64,000 bases of DNA from a virus. Positions 8,957-18,733 of the stretch are shown piece after piece. The position numbers and the translations under genes are program-made. The stretch is taken from positions 1 through 64,000 of IMG/VR virus record IMGVR_UViG_3300007538_000022. One strand, given 5' to 3'. Under the pieces are notes generated by a model. That model saw nothing but the letters and a program-made list of their open reading frames with translations. It was not told the DNA's origin and made no database searches. Positions within the stretch are counted from its first letter, which is position 1. Every line of letters starts with the position of its first letter.

Positions 8957-9688
8957 CTATTTAGTTTGAGAAGGTAAGATATAATTATATACTGCTAATC
9001 CAGAGTCAACTGATATTTGCATTGCTCCTTGATCAGAAATGCTCATAGTAATATCTCCATTTAGATTAAGAATACTTAATACGTTGTTAATTGGCCAGCT
9101 ACATACGTGCGATAATGTACCTGAAACATTATTATGAAACACAAACGATCCTTCATGACTTGATGCATCACCGAAACTAAAAATTAAATTGTTGTTTACA
9201 GTTTTTACATTAAATAATGTTTCTTCAGAATGTGCAGCTCTTTGTAAACGCAATCTTGAAACAGCAGAAATTGCCGGTTCAAAGGTAACATTCCATTTTG
9301 CTCCTTTAAATCGTACACTTTTCATTTTTTCTTCAATAATTACTTTATTCATAAAACGATACGTATTCTCAAAATCTCCTAATTCATTGCTAAAATGAAT
9401 ATGAACCGGAACTACTTCGTTATTTCTAGTATCATTTATTACGTCAATAATTGCATTTTCTTGATATTCTGGATTTTTTAAATGTAGATTTAATTTATCT
9501 AAATTAGACATTCCAAACACACCGCTAAATTCGGAAACCGGTGATTTAGTATTTCCAAACAGTACTACAGATTTATCATCTGATAACGACTCGATTGTAG
9601 TTTCTGTTTCATTAGTTGAAACTTTAAGTAAGTTGATAAAACCTAAAGAATGAGTGTGTTCGACGATGTCAGTTAAAATGTCTTTCAT
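8957..9688 (-). CDS. Putative DNA sliding clamp
   Basis: 243 aa, directly downstream of polymerase, beta-rich with C-terminal YNYILP; no diagnostic motif. Confidence 0.55.
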   Translation of the reverse strand: MKDILTDIVEHTHSLGFINLLKVSTNETETTIESLSDDKSVVLFGNTKSPVSEFSGVFGMSNLDKLNLHLKNPEYQENAIIDVINDTRNNEVVPVHIHFSNELGDFENTYRFMNKVIIEEKMKSVRFKGAKWNVTFEPAISAVSRLRLQRAAHSEETLFNVKTVNNNLIFSFGDASSHEGSFVFHNNVSGTLSHVCSWPINNVLSILNLNGDITMSISDQGAMQISVDSGLAVYNYILPSQTK

Positions 9689-9739
9689 GATGTTCCTTTA
9701 TAAGAAGTTATTAGATTTGTATTTATTATACAAGATTTA

Positions 9740-10726
9740 TTATGAAAAATCAAATAAATCATTAAAGTGATTATCTCGTTTAGTTGAATCGATATCGTAA
9801 TTCAGTACTCCAATTAAGTTAGAGATCTTGTTATCTATAATAGTTTCAGACATTGCATCGTCGTCAAATGGCAATTCTTTAAACCATTCTGGTAATCGTA
9901 GTTCGTCAGTTGGATATGCAATAGAAGTCCACCCTAATGGGTTTGATCTAAGCTTGCAAACAATAACTTTCATTCCATCAACAATTTCCATTGAATGTTT
10001 GTCGCTATTTGCTCTACGTAGTGAGTTCCAGTTCAATGAAGCTCTAATATGCCCTGGCATATTAGCTTTCCCTAATCGTTCTTCTAATTCTTTATAGTGA
10101 GCTACATTGTTAGCACGTTTAGGAGTACCTTTATCCCATCCAGGCATGTCTTTAAATTTCTTTCTAAAAACAGTAATTTGTTCCAATATATCTTCTTCAG
10201 ATGATTCTTGTAAAACCATTAATAAAATTTTCATTAAAAATTCTTGCATATAGTCGGGAGTATCTGATCTACGTAAATCTAACCCCATAGCCTTAACTTT
10301 ACCTGGCTTACCATCTACATCTTTACGCTTCCCTTCTTCATCGTATACTAATGCAGCATATCGTTTTTTTGTGATGTATAATCCACTTAATGCAACAATC
10401 TCTCTACCTGCAGCAATAACATCCGATCTTGCTTTCCCACAATGAAATGCTTTTTCCATAAATTTTGGAAATGAAGAATTAGCTTGTTCGCATATTTGAT
10501 CATATAATACAACAACTTTTTCTTTATCCCAGGGTAACGTACCGTTGTTTATTTCGTTTTCAAATAATGGAAATGCGGAAAAATACACAGAGTCGGTATT
10601 GTGTACAAGTGATCCATTTGCAAAAAAGAATGGATCTTGATTAGCTATCGATACATCATAAACATAATCCTCTGTAGTATCTAATTTTTCTACACTTTTA
10701 ACTCGTTGTCTTATTGTTTCAGCCAT
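9740..10726 (-). CDS. DNA polymerase B C-terminal part preceded by split intein C-fragment (43 aa)
   Basis: YVYDVSI..FFANGSLVHN then TDSVYF; KKRYA and KAMGLD..RSD PolB motifs. Confidence 0.92.
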   Translation of the reverse strand: MAETIRQRVKSVEKLDTTEDYVYDVSIANQDPFFFANGSLVHNTDSVYFSAFPLFENEINNGTLPWDKEKVVVLYDQICEQANSSFPKFMEKAFHCGKARSDVIAAGREIVALSGLYITKKRYAALVYDEEGKRKDVDGKPGKVKAMGLDLRRSDTPDYMQEFLMKILLMVLQESSEEDILEQITVFRKKFKDMPGWDKGTPKRANNVAHYKELEERLGKANMPGHIRASLNWNSLRRANSDKHSMEIVDGMKVIVCKLRSNPLGWTSIAYPTDELRLPEWFKELPFDDDAMSETIIDNKISNLIGVLNYDIDSTKRDNHFNDLFDFS

Positions 10727-10887
10727 TTAACACACCTTTGTATAGTTTCATGCATATTATTCTTAAATTCTGATTCCCAAATTACTAAAGTAGGAATATT
10801 TCTTTCAAATAATAATGCGTTAATTTTTTCTTTATCTTTTTGCCAAATATCTCTAGCAAGTAAATTTGCCTGTCTATGATAATAACC
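10711..10887 (-). pseudogene. Remnant C-terminal tail of a Vsr/DUF559-like homing endonuclease
   Basis: Manual translation GYYHRQANLLARDIWQKDKEKINALLFERNIPTLVIWESEFKNNMHETIQRCVKWLKQ*; no start codon; orphan AGGAG just upstream. Confidence 0.7.
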
Positions 10888-10929
10888 TTACTCCTAATCA
10901 AGTTAAAAAAGCCAAAGATATAAAGAAAA

Positions 10930-13101
10930 TTAAGAATCTATAGAGATAATCAAATCATTATCTTCTAACTCTGTAGGTTTAACTTCGACTGTAACCCCAT
11001 CTCTATCAACTATTAAACTATGATCTTCTGTAACAGTCACAGAGCTACCGTCTTCCATTGTAACCTTGTATAATTGTTTAGATGTTTTATGTCGCATAAC
11101 ATACGCAATCTCACCAAATACAGCCTCATCTTCGTGTGCATTATATCCTAATACTTTTAGATCATGCTGTGCTTCTGTAGGAATAGCATATTCCTTGCCA
11201 TTATCTTGTTCTACTTTATACTGAATTTGATCAAACAAGTCTGATATAGGCATATCTCCTTTGTTCGTGTTTAATATAGTATCACCTATAACAGAGTCAC
11301 CATATATAACTGCTTTGCCGACATGGTCATAATCACCTGAAATTATCTTATTAACTTCTGCACTCATATGACGAACAATGCTTCTACCTGTTAATGTAGT
11401 AGATTGCCCTATACGTTTATCAAAAAATCGACAGCCTTGGTTTAATATAGCTCCATAAAGACTGTTTAAGTTAATTTTCTTTACAAGTTGGCGTTTATCC
11501 CAAAATGCAGCTTCTAACGTGTTTCCTGCTTGATCTGCTTTTTTCTTTTTAGCTTGAAGCTCTTTCCTTTCAGCATACCATCGTTTTAACAAACCTGGAA
11601 TAACACCTTCAAATTCAGTAGTAAATATTGTTCCATTTGCAGAAAGCATCCATGGTACATTACTTTCAAATATGAATTTATATATTTCAGCACCACTAAA
11701 TGTATCGGATTTACCATTAGTCCAGTCAATTGTAATAGCTAGATCTTTTCTTTTGTCCATTACAGCTTCATATTCTAAACTACTAAATCGGCCTTCCCAT
11801 GCTGTTGCGAACTTTTTTTTGTTTAATACAACTTCTTCATGCAACATTTGCTCAGTATAGTCCTGCCTTAATTGACCTACAATAGTTTCAGGAGCCATAT
11901 TTAATGCTCTAATAACGCTAGGATACAGTGAATTTAAGTCCATCGATCCTATCCATTTGTGGAATCCTTTTTTAGGATAAGCTACATATGCACCTGCTGC
12001 TTGCACTGCTTGTTCCGATTTTGGAGATCTATTTGGTACTTGTAGTCCACGTTCGTGCGCTTCGTTAATAATAGCTTGTTCTGTTACAGCTACTGCTCCC
12101 ATTGTAGTCTGAAGTAATACGGTATTTGCGTGAGCAAGTTCGTTTGTTAAATCTATAAATTTAAGTTTTTTATCAAGTTTATTCAATAACACAGTATCTT
12201 GGATATTATATTCGATAAACTTTTTAAAATCATTATTATATAATTGGTCTAAAGTTCCATCGTATGGAACTTTAGTTTCATTAACTTCTAATTCCCCAAT
12301 TGCGTCTAATCGATACGAATGTCTTTCTTCGTATGTATACTTTCTATAAAGTTCTAAAGAATCTAAATGAATCCTTCCAACAAGATCATACGTTTTTGAA
12401 ATTTTGCCATATCTTTCAAATTCTCGTTTTTTAGGAAGTTGATTCCATAAACAGAATCGTCGAGTATCGTCTTTGCTCAATGCTTTTGCTACCCGATTAA
12501 CCGTATATGGAATATCAAAACTTTCAGAGTTCCATCCTGAAAGCACATCGGCATCTTCAATTAAAGTTAAAAATGAATCTAACATTTCTGCTTCAGAATT
12601 ATATAATATTACACCGTTGATGTCTTTAACTTCTTCAGCAGCTTGCTCCATTGTTAAGGTTTTTGGTGGTACAGCTAAACATACCATTGTATCTAACCAT
12701 TGCAAATATACAGATATAGCAGTAATTGGCATAAACGGGTCATTAGGTGATGCATAACCTTTAGTTGGATCAAAGTCTGTTTCAATGTCAAAAAATGCAA
12801 TGTTTAGCTTAGGTGAATCCTGATTTAAATAGTGTTCGCTTAAATTTTGGAATATTGGATTAATATCAGATTCATAAAGTACTGAATTTTTATTAATAGC
12901 TAGTTCTTTTCTAAAATCTTTAGTATTTTTACATACTATTCTTGAAAGTGGTGTATTGTATATACTCTTATATTTTCCCTTTTGATCTTCATAGTAAAAC
13001 GTATATTTCACAGGATAATCAACAAATTTACGGGAGCCGTTATGCCGTTCTACTATGCGTATAGTGTCGGCTTCTTTATCAAAAAATGCATCTATGTACA
13101 T
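10930..13101 (-). CDS. DNA polymerase B N-terminal part followed by split intein N-fragment (121 aa, 11295..10933)
   Basis: Exo DIETD, GWNS..FD, YNIQD; pol DLNSLYPS, KINLNSLYG, YGD then SVIGDT (block A) and VTEDHSL (block B). Confidence 0.93.
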   Translation of the reverse strand: MYIDAFFDKEADTIRIVERHNGSRKFVDYPVKYTFYYEDQKGKYKSIYNTPLSRIVCKNTKDFRKELAINKNSVLYESDINPIFQNLSEHYLNQDSPKLNIAFFDIETDFDPTKGYASPNDPFMPITAISVYLQWLDTMVCLAVPPKTLTMEQAAEEVKDINGVILYNSEAEMLDSFLTLIEDADVLSGWNSESFDIPYTVNRVAKALSKDDTRRFCLWNQLPKKREFERYGKISKTYDLVGRIHLDSLELYRKYTYEERHSYRLDAIGELEVNETKVPYDGTLDQLYNNDFKKFIEYNIQDTVLLNKLDKKLKFIDLTNELAHANTVLLQTTMGAVAVTEQAIINEAHERGLQVPNRSPKSEQAVQAAGAYVAYPKKGFHKWIGSMDLNSLYPSVIRALNMAPETIVGQLRQDYTEQMLHEEVVLNKKKFATAWEGRFSSLEYEAVMDKRKDLAITIDWTNGKSDTFSGAEIYKFIFESNVPWMLSANGTIFTTEFEGVIPGLLKRWYAERKELQAKKKKADQAGNTLEAAFWDKRQLVKKINLNSLYGAILNQGCRFFDKRIGQSTTLTGRSIVRHMSAEVNKIISGDYDHVGKAVIYGDSVIGDTILNTNKGDMPISDLFDQIQYKVEQDNGKEYAIPTEAQHDLKVLGYNAHEDEAVFGEIAYVMRHKTSKQLYKVTMEDGSSVTVTEDHSLIVDRDGVTVEVKPTELEDNDLIISIDS

Positions 13102-13180
13102 AAAACCTCATAGGTTAACGTAACTGATATTCTAGTACCAAGCTAAATGTAGTACTAGAACATGGATAGGTGGGTGGGAT

Positions 13181-13444
13181 TTATTGCTTGTCTACTCCAA
13201 CAGTAGCAACTAATGTTTCCAAGTCTTCAAATTGGTCGTAATGTTTATCCCAATCTCTATTTTTGGCAATTTTAATAGCTTTATTAATTAAAGATGGTTT
13301 AATATCTAATTCTTCTGCAACAGCTTTAACGGTATCTTTAAAGCCTTCTCTAAGATCTTCAATTTCTTGTAAAACAATTACACCTTCTTTAACTAATCGT
13401 TCTAATTTAGCTTTTTCTTCAGCACCGTATGTACGATCGCTCAT
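13181..13444 (-). CDS. Small dsDNA-binding protein (T4 DsbA/GapR-like)
   Basis: MSDRTYGAEEKAKLERLV..IEDLREGFKDTVKAVAEELDIKP helical pattern; GAGG RBS; start at Met45 of track ORF. Confidence 0.6.
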   Translation of the reverse strand: MSDRTYGAEEKAKLERLVKEGVIVLQEIEDLREGFKDTVKAVAEELDIKPSLINKAIKIAKNRDWDKHYDQFEDLETLVATVGVDKQ

Positions 13445-13478
13445 AGTGTTCCTCAGTAGTTGTGTTAAATAAGCTAGT

Positions 13479-13506
13479 ATTATAACAAATACATGTATAA
13501 TGTCAA
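13479..13506 (-). promoter_or_regulatory. Sigma70-type promoter
   Basis: TTGACA-16 nt-TATAAT with TGn extension, upstream of DsbA-like/polymerase operon. Confidence 0.75.
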
Positions 13507-13582
13507 CTAGAAAGTTACAAAATATAATATACTTTGTTCCAGAAGTAATGTTTTTAAAATATGTAGTTAAGGTCATAATACA

Positions 13583-14029
13583 TCATGGAGCACGACTAGC
13601 ATCCTTCATTAATTGTACAAACTCATTTTTGTATGTTTGATTACTTAAACATTTTAGTAAAGCATTATTATAGACTTTAATATATTTATTGTAATTAAAT
13701 GTAACACTAGACGGGCTTATGGGTGTTAATACTATATCTCTACGAGTTTTTAACGCAGGATCAGCTAAAAACATTAAATCATTAAATCGTTTAAGTAATG
13801 CAGCATCACTAAAACATTTTTGTATATTTGGTTTTTCTGTAGCAATATATTGTTGCACTTTTTTTAATGCAGTAGGATCTTTTAAATTAGATGATTTTTT
13901 TTCTTGTTGATCAGGTTTTAGTACTCCAACTGTATTGTAGTTCTGCCATGCACTAGTTTTATCCAGACCTGTAGCTCTACCTACAATATCGGTTAACTCA
14001 CCTTCTGTTAAAAGTTCCATTATTTTCAT
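13583..14029 (-). CDS. Hypothetical protein with capsid-targeting-like leader
   Basis: MKIMELLTE|G. Confidence 0.65.
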   Translation of the reverse strand: MKIMELLTEGELTDIVGRATGLDKTSAWQNYNTVGVLKPDQQEKKSSNLKDPTALKKVQQYIATEKPNIQKCFSDAALLKRFNDLMFLADPALKTRRDIVLTPISPSSVTFNYNKYIKVYNNALLKCLSNQTYKNEFVQLMKDASRAP

Positions 14030-14031
14030 AT

Positions 14032-14517
14032 TTATTTCTTCCTTTTCATTCCATAATACGCACCGAGTGCCATTTTTTTACGTTCTTCTTTTGTTTTACC
14101 TTTAAACTTGGGATTTTTAGATTTTTGAAAATCTTTAATTACATCGCTGGCACTATCAGATTTTTTTATCTTTTCATCTAATCGATTATGTAAATAAGCC
14201 ATATAATCTTTAGTTTCCAGTTTAGAAGACTCTAATGATGGCAGATCAGAAATATTAATATTTTCTTGATTATCTAGTTCTTCGTAATCAAGTCGATGGT
14301 AAACATCACTAATAGCTTCTGATGCTCGAGTAATATACGATTGCATCCATCCGTCTAACCCTTCTTCTTCAGACACATGTTTTAACTTATTATGTAATTT
14401 AATTGCATACTTTGCAATTTTATATAGTTCTGCTCTTGCAAGTTGCACTTCATGATCTTGTTCAACTGCGCCTGCTAAATCTGCAAGACCTTCATGTAGT
14501 TTAGTTTTTCTTTTCAT
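14032..14517 (-). CDS. Hypothetical head-associated protein
   Basis: KLHE|G leader, basic C-terminus. Confidence 0.65.
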   Translation of the reverse strand: MKRKTKLHEGLADLAGAVEQDHEVQLARAELYKIAKYAIKLHNKLKHVSEEEGLDGWMQSYITRASEAISDVYHRLDYEELDNQENINISDLPSLESSKLETKDYMAYLHNRLDEKIKKSDSASDVIKDFQKSKNPKFKGKTKEERKKMALGAYYGMKRKK

Positions 14518-14536
14518 TTATTATTTCCTAATAGTT

Positions 14537-15043
14537 TTACATATTGCGTTTCATTACTTCGCCGGTAAATAAGTTTACATTTGAATCTAACGCATTTTTC
14601 ACTGGTTTTTTGTTTTTTTTCTTACGAGTAACAGTTGGTGCTGCAACTGATGCAATTGCTCCAGCAGAAGTAGATGAGGATTCAAATTGTAATCGTTGAC
14701 GGTTAAATATGTCGTCATTTGATGATTTAAACTCGTTTTCATATAACTTTTCAATTATATGCATTATATCTTCTTTATCAATGATGTACTCAGGCGATCC
14801 TAATTTAAACTTATTACAATATGTAACAATAGCACTATCTACTACTGGTTTTAAAATTTTCTTGTAATCCACGTGTTTATGTTTCTTTTTTAACATCTTA
14901 AGTTTTTCCAATACTGGGAAAAACTTTTTACGATAAAACAATGGATCGTTTTCTATATAATGCACAATGTCATCAACTATATCAAAGGGCAATACCGGTT
15001 TATCAGTATTTTGTGTTATGTCCATAAATTCATGTAGTTTCAT
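14537..15043 (-). CDS. Hypothetical head-associated protein
   Basis: MKLHEF leader; internal FE|SSSTSAGAIASV segment. Confidence 0.65.
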   Translation of the reverse strand: MKLHEFMDITQNTDKPVLPFDIVDDIVHYIENDPLFYRKKFFPVLEKLKMLKKKHKHVDYKKILKPVVDSAIVTYCNKFKLGSPEYIIDKEDIMHIIEKLYENEFKSSNDDIFNRQRLQFESSSTSAGAIASVAAPTVTRKKKNKKPVKNALDSNVNLFTGEVMKRNM

Positions 15044-15055
15044 ATGTTACCTTAC

Positions 15056-15397
15056 TTAATGATTATAAGTGATTAAATTTACTGTTCCATCAAAGTAAAT
15101 TACTTGTGCTCTTATCCAAACATAGTTACCGACTATATTTTGTATTTTACTAGCAGTTTCCATATGAGTTTCATACACATGTGCATCAAACCAATCAGAT
15201 TCATCAGGTGTAACTGCTAATGTTGCTTGAATGGAAATAATACCAGAAAAATTTGTATATGTATATTGTACAGTATGAATCCCATCACTTTGTCGATAGT
15301 ACCCATCACCTTTATATGCATCGCCTGTTACAACTAACATCGTGCTATCGCCTGGATGTGTTTGCGTTGTTAATATTGTTTCACTATTTATTTTCAT
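15056..15397 (-). CDS. Hypothetical virion protein
   Basis: 113 aa beta-rich ORF ending GNYVWIRA; late-promoter motif 5 nt upstream. Confidence 0.65.
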   Translation of the reverse strand: MKINSETILTTQTHPGDSTMLVVTGDAYKGDGYYRQSDGIHTVQYTYTNFSGIISIQATLAVTPDESDWFDAHVYETHMETASKIQNIVGNYVWIRAQVIYFDGTVNLITYNH

Positions 15398-15402
15398 AAT
15401 TA

Positions 15403-15410
15403 TATTTATC
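15403..15410 (-). promoter_or_regulatory. T4-like late promoter motif (representative copy)
   Basis: GATAAATA; TAAATA core also at 2981, 18475, 21724, 34366, 42831, 43322, 48409, 50457, 52103 (minus) and 21789, 55700, 59602 (plus), each upstream of a gene. Confidence 0.6.
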
Positions 15411-15420
15411 TAAACAAAAA

Positions 15421-15454
15421 AAAACCGTGATAGCTATTTAACTATCACGGTTTT
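15421..15454 (-). terminator. Rho-independent terminator after clpA
   Basis: AAAACCGTGATAG-8 nt-CTATCACGGTTTT followed by long T run on minus strand. Confidence 0.8.
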
Positions 15455-15469
15455 AATTTACATCAATAA

Positions 15470-17716
15470 TTAATTACATTGCAACTGTATTTTATCTGTA
15501 TAATCTACAGTAACAGATCCACCATCTTTTAATGCACCAAACAGCATTTCTTTCGATAAAGGTGTTTTAATTTCCTTATCAATTACCCGTTGCAACGGTC
15601 TTGCTCCCATTTTAGGATCAAATCCTTTTTCAACTAAAAAGTTTATAGCTTGTTCGGAAATATTAATTTTAATATTTTTATCTTGAACTAATTCCTCTAA
15701 TTCAGAAATAAATTTGTGAATAATTTTTATCATAGTAGGTTTATTCAATCTGGAAAATGTAATAATTCCATCTAATCTATTACGGAACTCTGGAGAAAAG
15801 TATCGTTTTAATTCATCGTCTGGATAACTTTGATCGGTATCGTTTGCAAATCCAATTGAACCTTTCTCTGCATCTCTTGCACCTAAATTAGTAGTCAAAA
15901 TTAATACACAGTGACGAGCATCAGCTTCTTTGCCATTAGATCCTGTAACCTTTCCATTATCCATTAACTGCAACAAAATTTGTGCAACATCTGGATGTGC
16001 TTTCTCAATCTCATCTAACAATAATACACAATTGGGATGTTCTTGTAATTTTGTAATTAATTGTCCGGTATTTTCTTCATGTCCAACATATCCAGGAGGA
16101 GACCCGATTAATTTTGCAACAGAGTGTTGTTCTTGATATTCGCTCATATCAAAGCGAACTAATTTAATACCTAGATGTTTTGCTAATTGTTTAGCGGATT
16201 CTGTTTTACCACATCCGCTTTGACCCATAAAAACAAACGCTCCTACTGGCTTATTTGCAGATTTTAATCCTGCATGACTAACTAGTATCTTATCGACTAA
16301 CGATTCAATAGCATCGTCTTGTCCAAATATATGAGTTTTTAAGTTGTTTTCCAGTTGTGCAATATGTGTAGATTCACTTTCTAAGATTTGTTCAACTGGG
16401 ATATTTAAAATTTTTGCTATTTCAACTTGTACTGATTTTTTAGAAACAATCTTCTCCTCATTAGTTGATGTTAACTTGAATCTAGAACATGCTAAATCTA
16501 TTAAATCAATTGCTTTGTCTGGCAATTTTTTATCTGCTTGATATTTGTTAGATAACTTAACCGCAGCGTCAATTGCATCGTCGGTGATAGTAGTATTGTG
16601 AAACGACTCATAATATTTTTTAATTCCTTGAACGATATCTATAGCAGTAGCTAAATCAGGCTCGTCGACTACAACCCGTTGGAATCTACGCATTAATGCT
16701 CTATCTTTCTCAAAATACTTTCGATATTCTTCCCATGTTGTTGATGCAACAACTTTAATATTTCCTTTTGATAATGCAGGTTTAAGCATATTTGCTAAAT
16801 CATTTGCATTATTTGAACCAGACCCAGCTCCACTAATCATATGAGCTTCGTCTATAAACAAAATACAATTTCCTTTTTTTATTAAAGCATTTAGAATTTG
16901 TTTAATACGTTCTTCAAAATCACCTCTATAACGGGTACCTGCAAGAACCGCTCCTAAGTCTAAGCTATAAACACTGTAATCTGTTAAAAATTCTGGAATG
17001 TCCTTATTGACAATTTTATATGCAATACCTTCGATTATTGAAGTTTTGCCTACACCTGGGTCACCTACTAACAGTACATTGTTTTTAGATCTTCTTCCCA
17101 ATGCTAACGCAAGTGATTCTATTTCCGACGATCTGCCAATGATAGGATCTATTTTTCCATTAGCAACTTCTTCATTTAGCAGTACAGTGTACTTAGTTAA
17201 TGGATCTTGCTTTCTTCTAGTTGGATATTCGTCATCATCTAAATCATCATCTAAATCATCATTTAAATCGTCGTCTAAATCGTTATCGATATTTGTTTTA
17301 ACAAACTCAGCAAATTTAGTTTTTGTAAGTCCAGATGCTTCTATTAAATAACATGCAATACTTTTTCTCTCATTTAAAATACTAGAAGTTAAATCAAGCA
17401 AATCTAAATGCGTCCTACCTGCAAACAGTACTTGTGTGAACGCTCGATTAAGAACTCGTTCTAACGATTGTGTTTTCTTAGGTTTATACTTTTCAGCACT
17501 AATGATTATGTCATCGCACTGTGAATTTAAATGCTCATTTACTGATTCAATAAGCTTATCAGTATCAGCTCCAGCAGCTTGCAACATTTCAATATATTCG
17601 TCATCTGCAAGCATAGCTTGCAAAAGATGTTCTAGTGTTATATATTCATGTTTTAATGTTTTTGCCTGCGAAGTAGCGTGTTCAAATACTACTAATAATT
17701 CTTTCGATGGTTCCAT
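15470..17716 (-). CDS. clpA: ATP-dependent Clp protease ATP-binding subunit
   Basis: Clp N-domain HEYITLEHLL; Walker A GDPGVGKT and GQSGCGKT; RFDMSEY; IGF loop; GARPLQR; no ClpB middle coiled coil. Confidence 0.9.
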   Translation of the reverse strand: MEPSKELLVVFEHATSQAKTLKHEYITLEHLLQAMLADDEYIEMLQAAGADTDKLIESVNEHLNSQCDDIIISAEKYKPKKTQSLERVLNRAFTQVLFAGRTHLDLLDLTSSILNERKSIACYLIEASGLTKTKFAEFVKTNIDNDLDDDLNDDLDDDLDDDEYPTRRKQDPLTKYTVLLNEEVANGKIDPIIGRSSEIESLALALGRRSKNNVLLVGDPGVGKTSIIEGIAYKIVNKDIPEFLTDYSVYSLDLGAVLAGTRYRGDFEERIKQILNALIKKGNCILFIDEAHMISGAGSGSNNANDLANMLKPALSKGNIKVVASTTWEEYRKYFEKDRALMRRFQRVVVDEPDLATAIDIVQGIKKYYESFHNTTITDDAIDAAVKLSNKYQADKKLPDKAIDLIDLACSRFKLTSTNEEKIVSKKSVQVEIAKILNIPVEQILESESTHIAQLENNLKTHIFGQDDAIESLVDKILVSHAGLKSANKPVGAFVFMGQSGCGKTESAKQLAKHLGIKLVRFDMSEYQEQHSVAKLIGSPPGYVGHEENTGQLITKLQEHPNCVLLLDEIEKAHPDVAQILLQLMDNGKVTGSNGKEADARHCVLILTTNLGARDAEKGSIGFANDTDQSYPDDELKRYFSPEFRNRLDGIITFSRLNKPTMIKIIHKFISELEELVQDKNIKINISEQAINFLVEKGFDPKMGARPLQRVIDKEIKTPLSKEMLFGALKDGGSVTVDYTDKIQLQCN
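17231..17287. repeat. Imperfect 12-bp tandem repeat encoding acidic ClpA linker
   Basis: TCATCTAAATCA-like units; DNDLDDDLNDDLDDDLDDD. Confidence 0.7.
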
Positions 17717-17719
17717 GTA

Positions 17720-18469
17720 TTAATCCTCAGATTTTGTGCAATAGTATAACTCTTCTAACTTTTGTAAAGTAGTATCGTTATTAATAATAGGTATTTTAAC
17801 ATCAATATGCACTAATATATCACCTGTTATATTAGTTTTAATGTTACGAACGCCATAGCCTTTAATGCTAAACACTGTATTTGGCTGTGTTCCTTTTGGA
17901 ATAGTTAGTTTAACTTGTTTTCCGTTTAGTGTATGTATTATTATAACACATCCTAACATTAAATCAAAGACATTTATTACTTGTTTTGTAATTAAATTAT
18001 TTCCAGATCGTGACCAATTTTCATCAGTTAATATTTTAATTTTAACTAATAAATTTCCACGAGGTGCATATGGAGAATAGCGATCGTCGCCTAATCCTTT
18101 AAAACTGATAACATCATTGTTGTTAGCACCAGGTGGAATATTAATTTTAACAACTTCCACTGACCCTGAAAATAATGTATATTGCAAAAACAACTCTGTT
18201 CCATACACTGCATCAAAAAAAGAAATTTGTGCAGTTAATGTTAAGTTTCTGTTTTGTTTCTTGTTGTGGTATTTTGGTATAAATGATGCATCGTATGCTG
18301 ATCGTTTAAATGGATCTTTTAATACATCGTATGCTTTATTAATTAGTTTCAGCTTTTCAGCATCCCCACCTCGATCCGGATGATGTATCATTGCTAATTT
18401 TCGATATGCAGCTTTTATATCATCGTCAGATGCTTTATTAGAAATGCCTAAGATTATATAGTAATTCAT
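17720..18469 (-). CDS. DnaJ-class co-chaperone without zinc finger (CbpA-like)
   Basis: J domain with HPD; DnaJ C-terminal IPPG and IPKGTQ repeats. Confidence 0.88.
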   Translation of the reverse strand: MNYYIILGISNKASDDDIKAAYRKLAMIHHPDRGGDAEKLKLINKAYDVLKDPFKRSAYDASFIPKYHNKKQNRNLTLTAQISFFDAVYGTELFLQYTLFSGSVEVVKINIPPGANNNDVISFKGLGDDRYSPYAPRGNLLVKIKILTDENWSRSGNNLITKQVINVFDLMLGCVIIIHTLNGKQVKLTIPKGTQPNTVFSIKGYGVRNIKTNITGDILVHIDVKIPIINNDTTLQKLEELYYCTKSED

Positions 18470-18487
18470 TATACTATTTAATCAATT

Positions 18488-18733
18488 TTACTCTCTAGTT
18501 TTTCCACCACCAGTATTAACATATAAGCCGAACCATGCTGCTCCTGCTCCTACTACAACTGAAACTAAAGATGCTTGTGCATTATTCGGTTCGTCTAGCC
18601 CAATAAACCATTGAATAACATCATGCAATATAATTAAATATACCACAATAAAAGTTCTTGGAAAAATTCTCCAAGAATCTAATGCACGAGCTAAATAAAT
18701 CCATTTAATAAAAGGACTATCATTGTTTTCCAT
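18488..18733 (-). CDS. Putative holin
   Basis: 81 aa, two hydrophobic segments, last gene of lysis cassette. Confidence 0.55.
   Translation of the reverse strand: MENNDSPFIKWIYLARALDSWRIFPRTFIVVYLIILHDVIQWFIGLDEPNNAQASLVSVVVGAGAAWFGLYVNTGGGKTRE

Noticed and set aside
10727-10929. Group I intron, frameshift or stop-codon recoding as cause of the polB interruption
   Set aside because: Both halves carry complementary intein blocks with their own stop and start; long ORFs elsewhere are intact in the standard code
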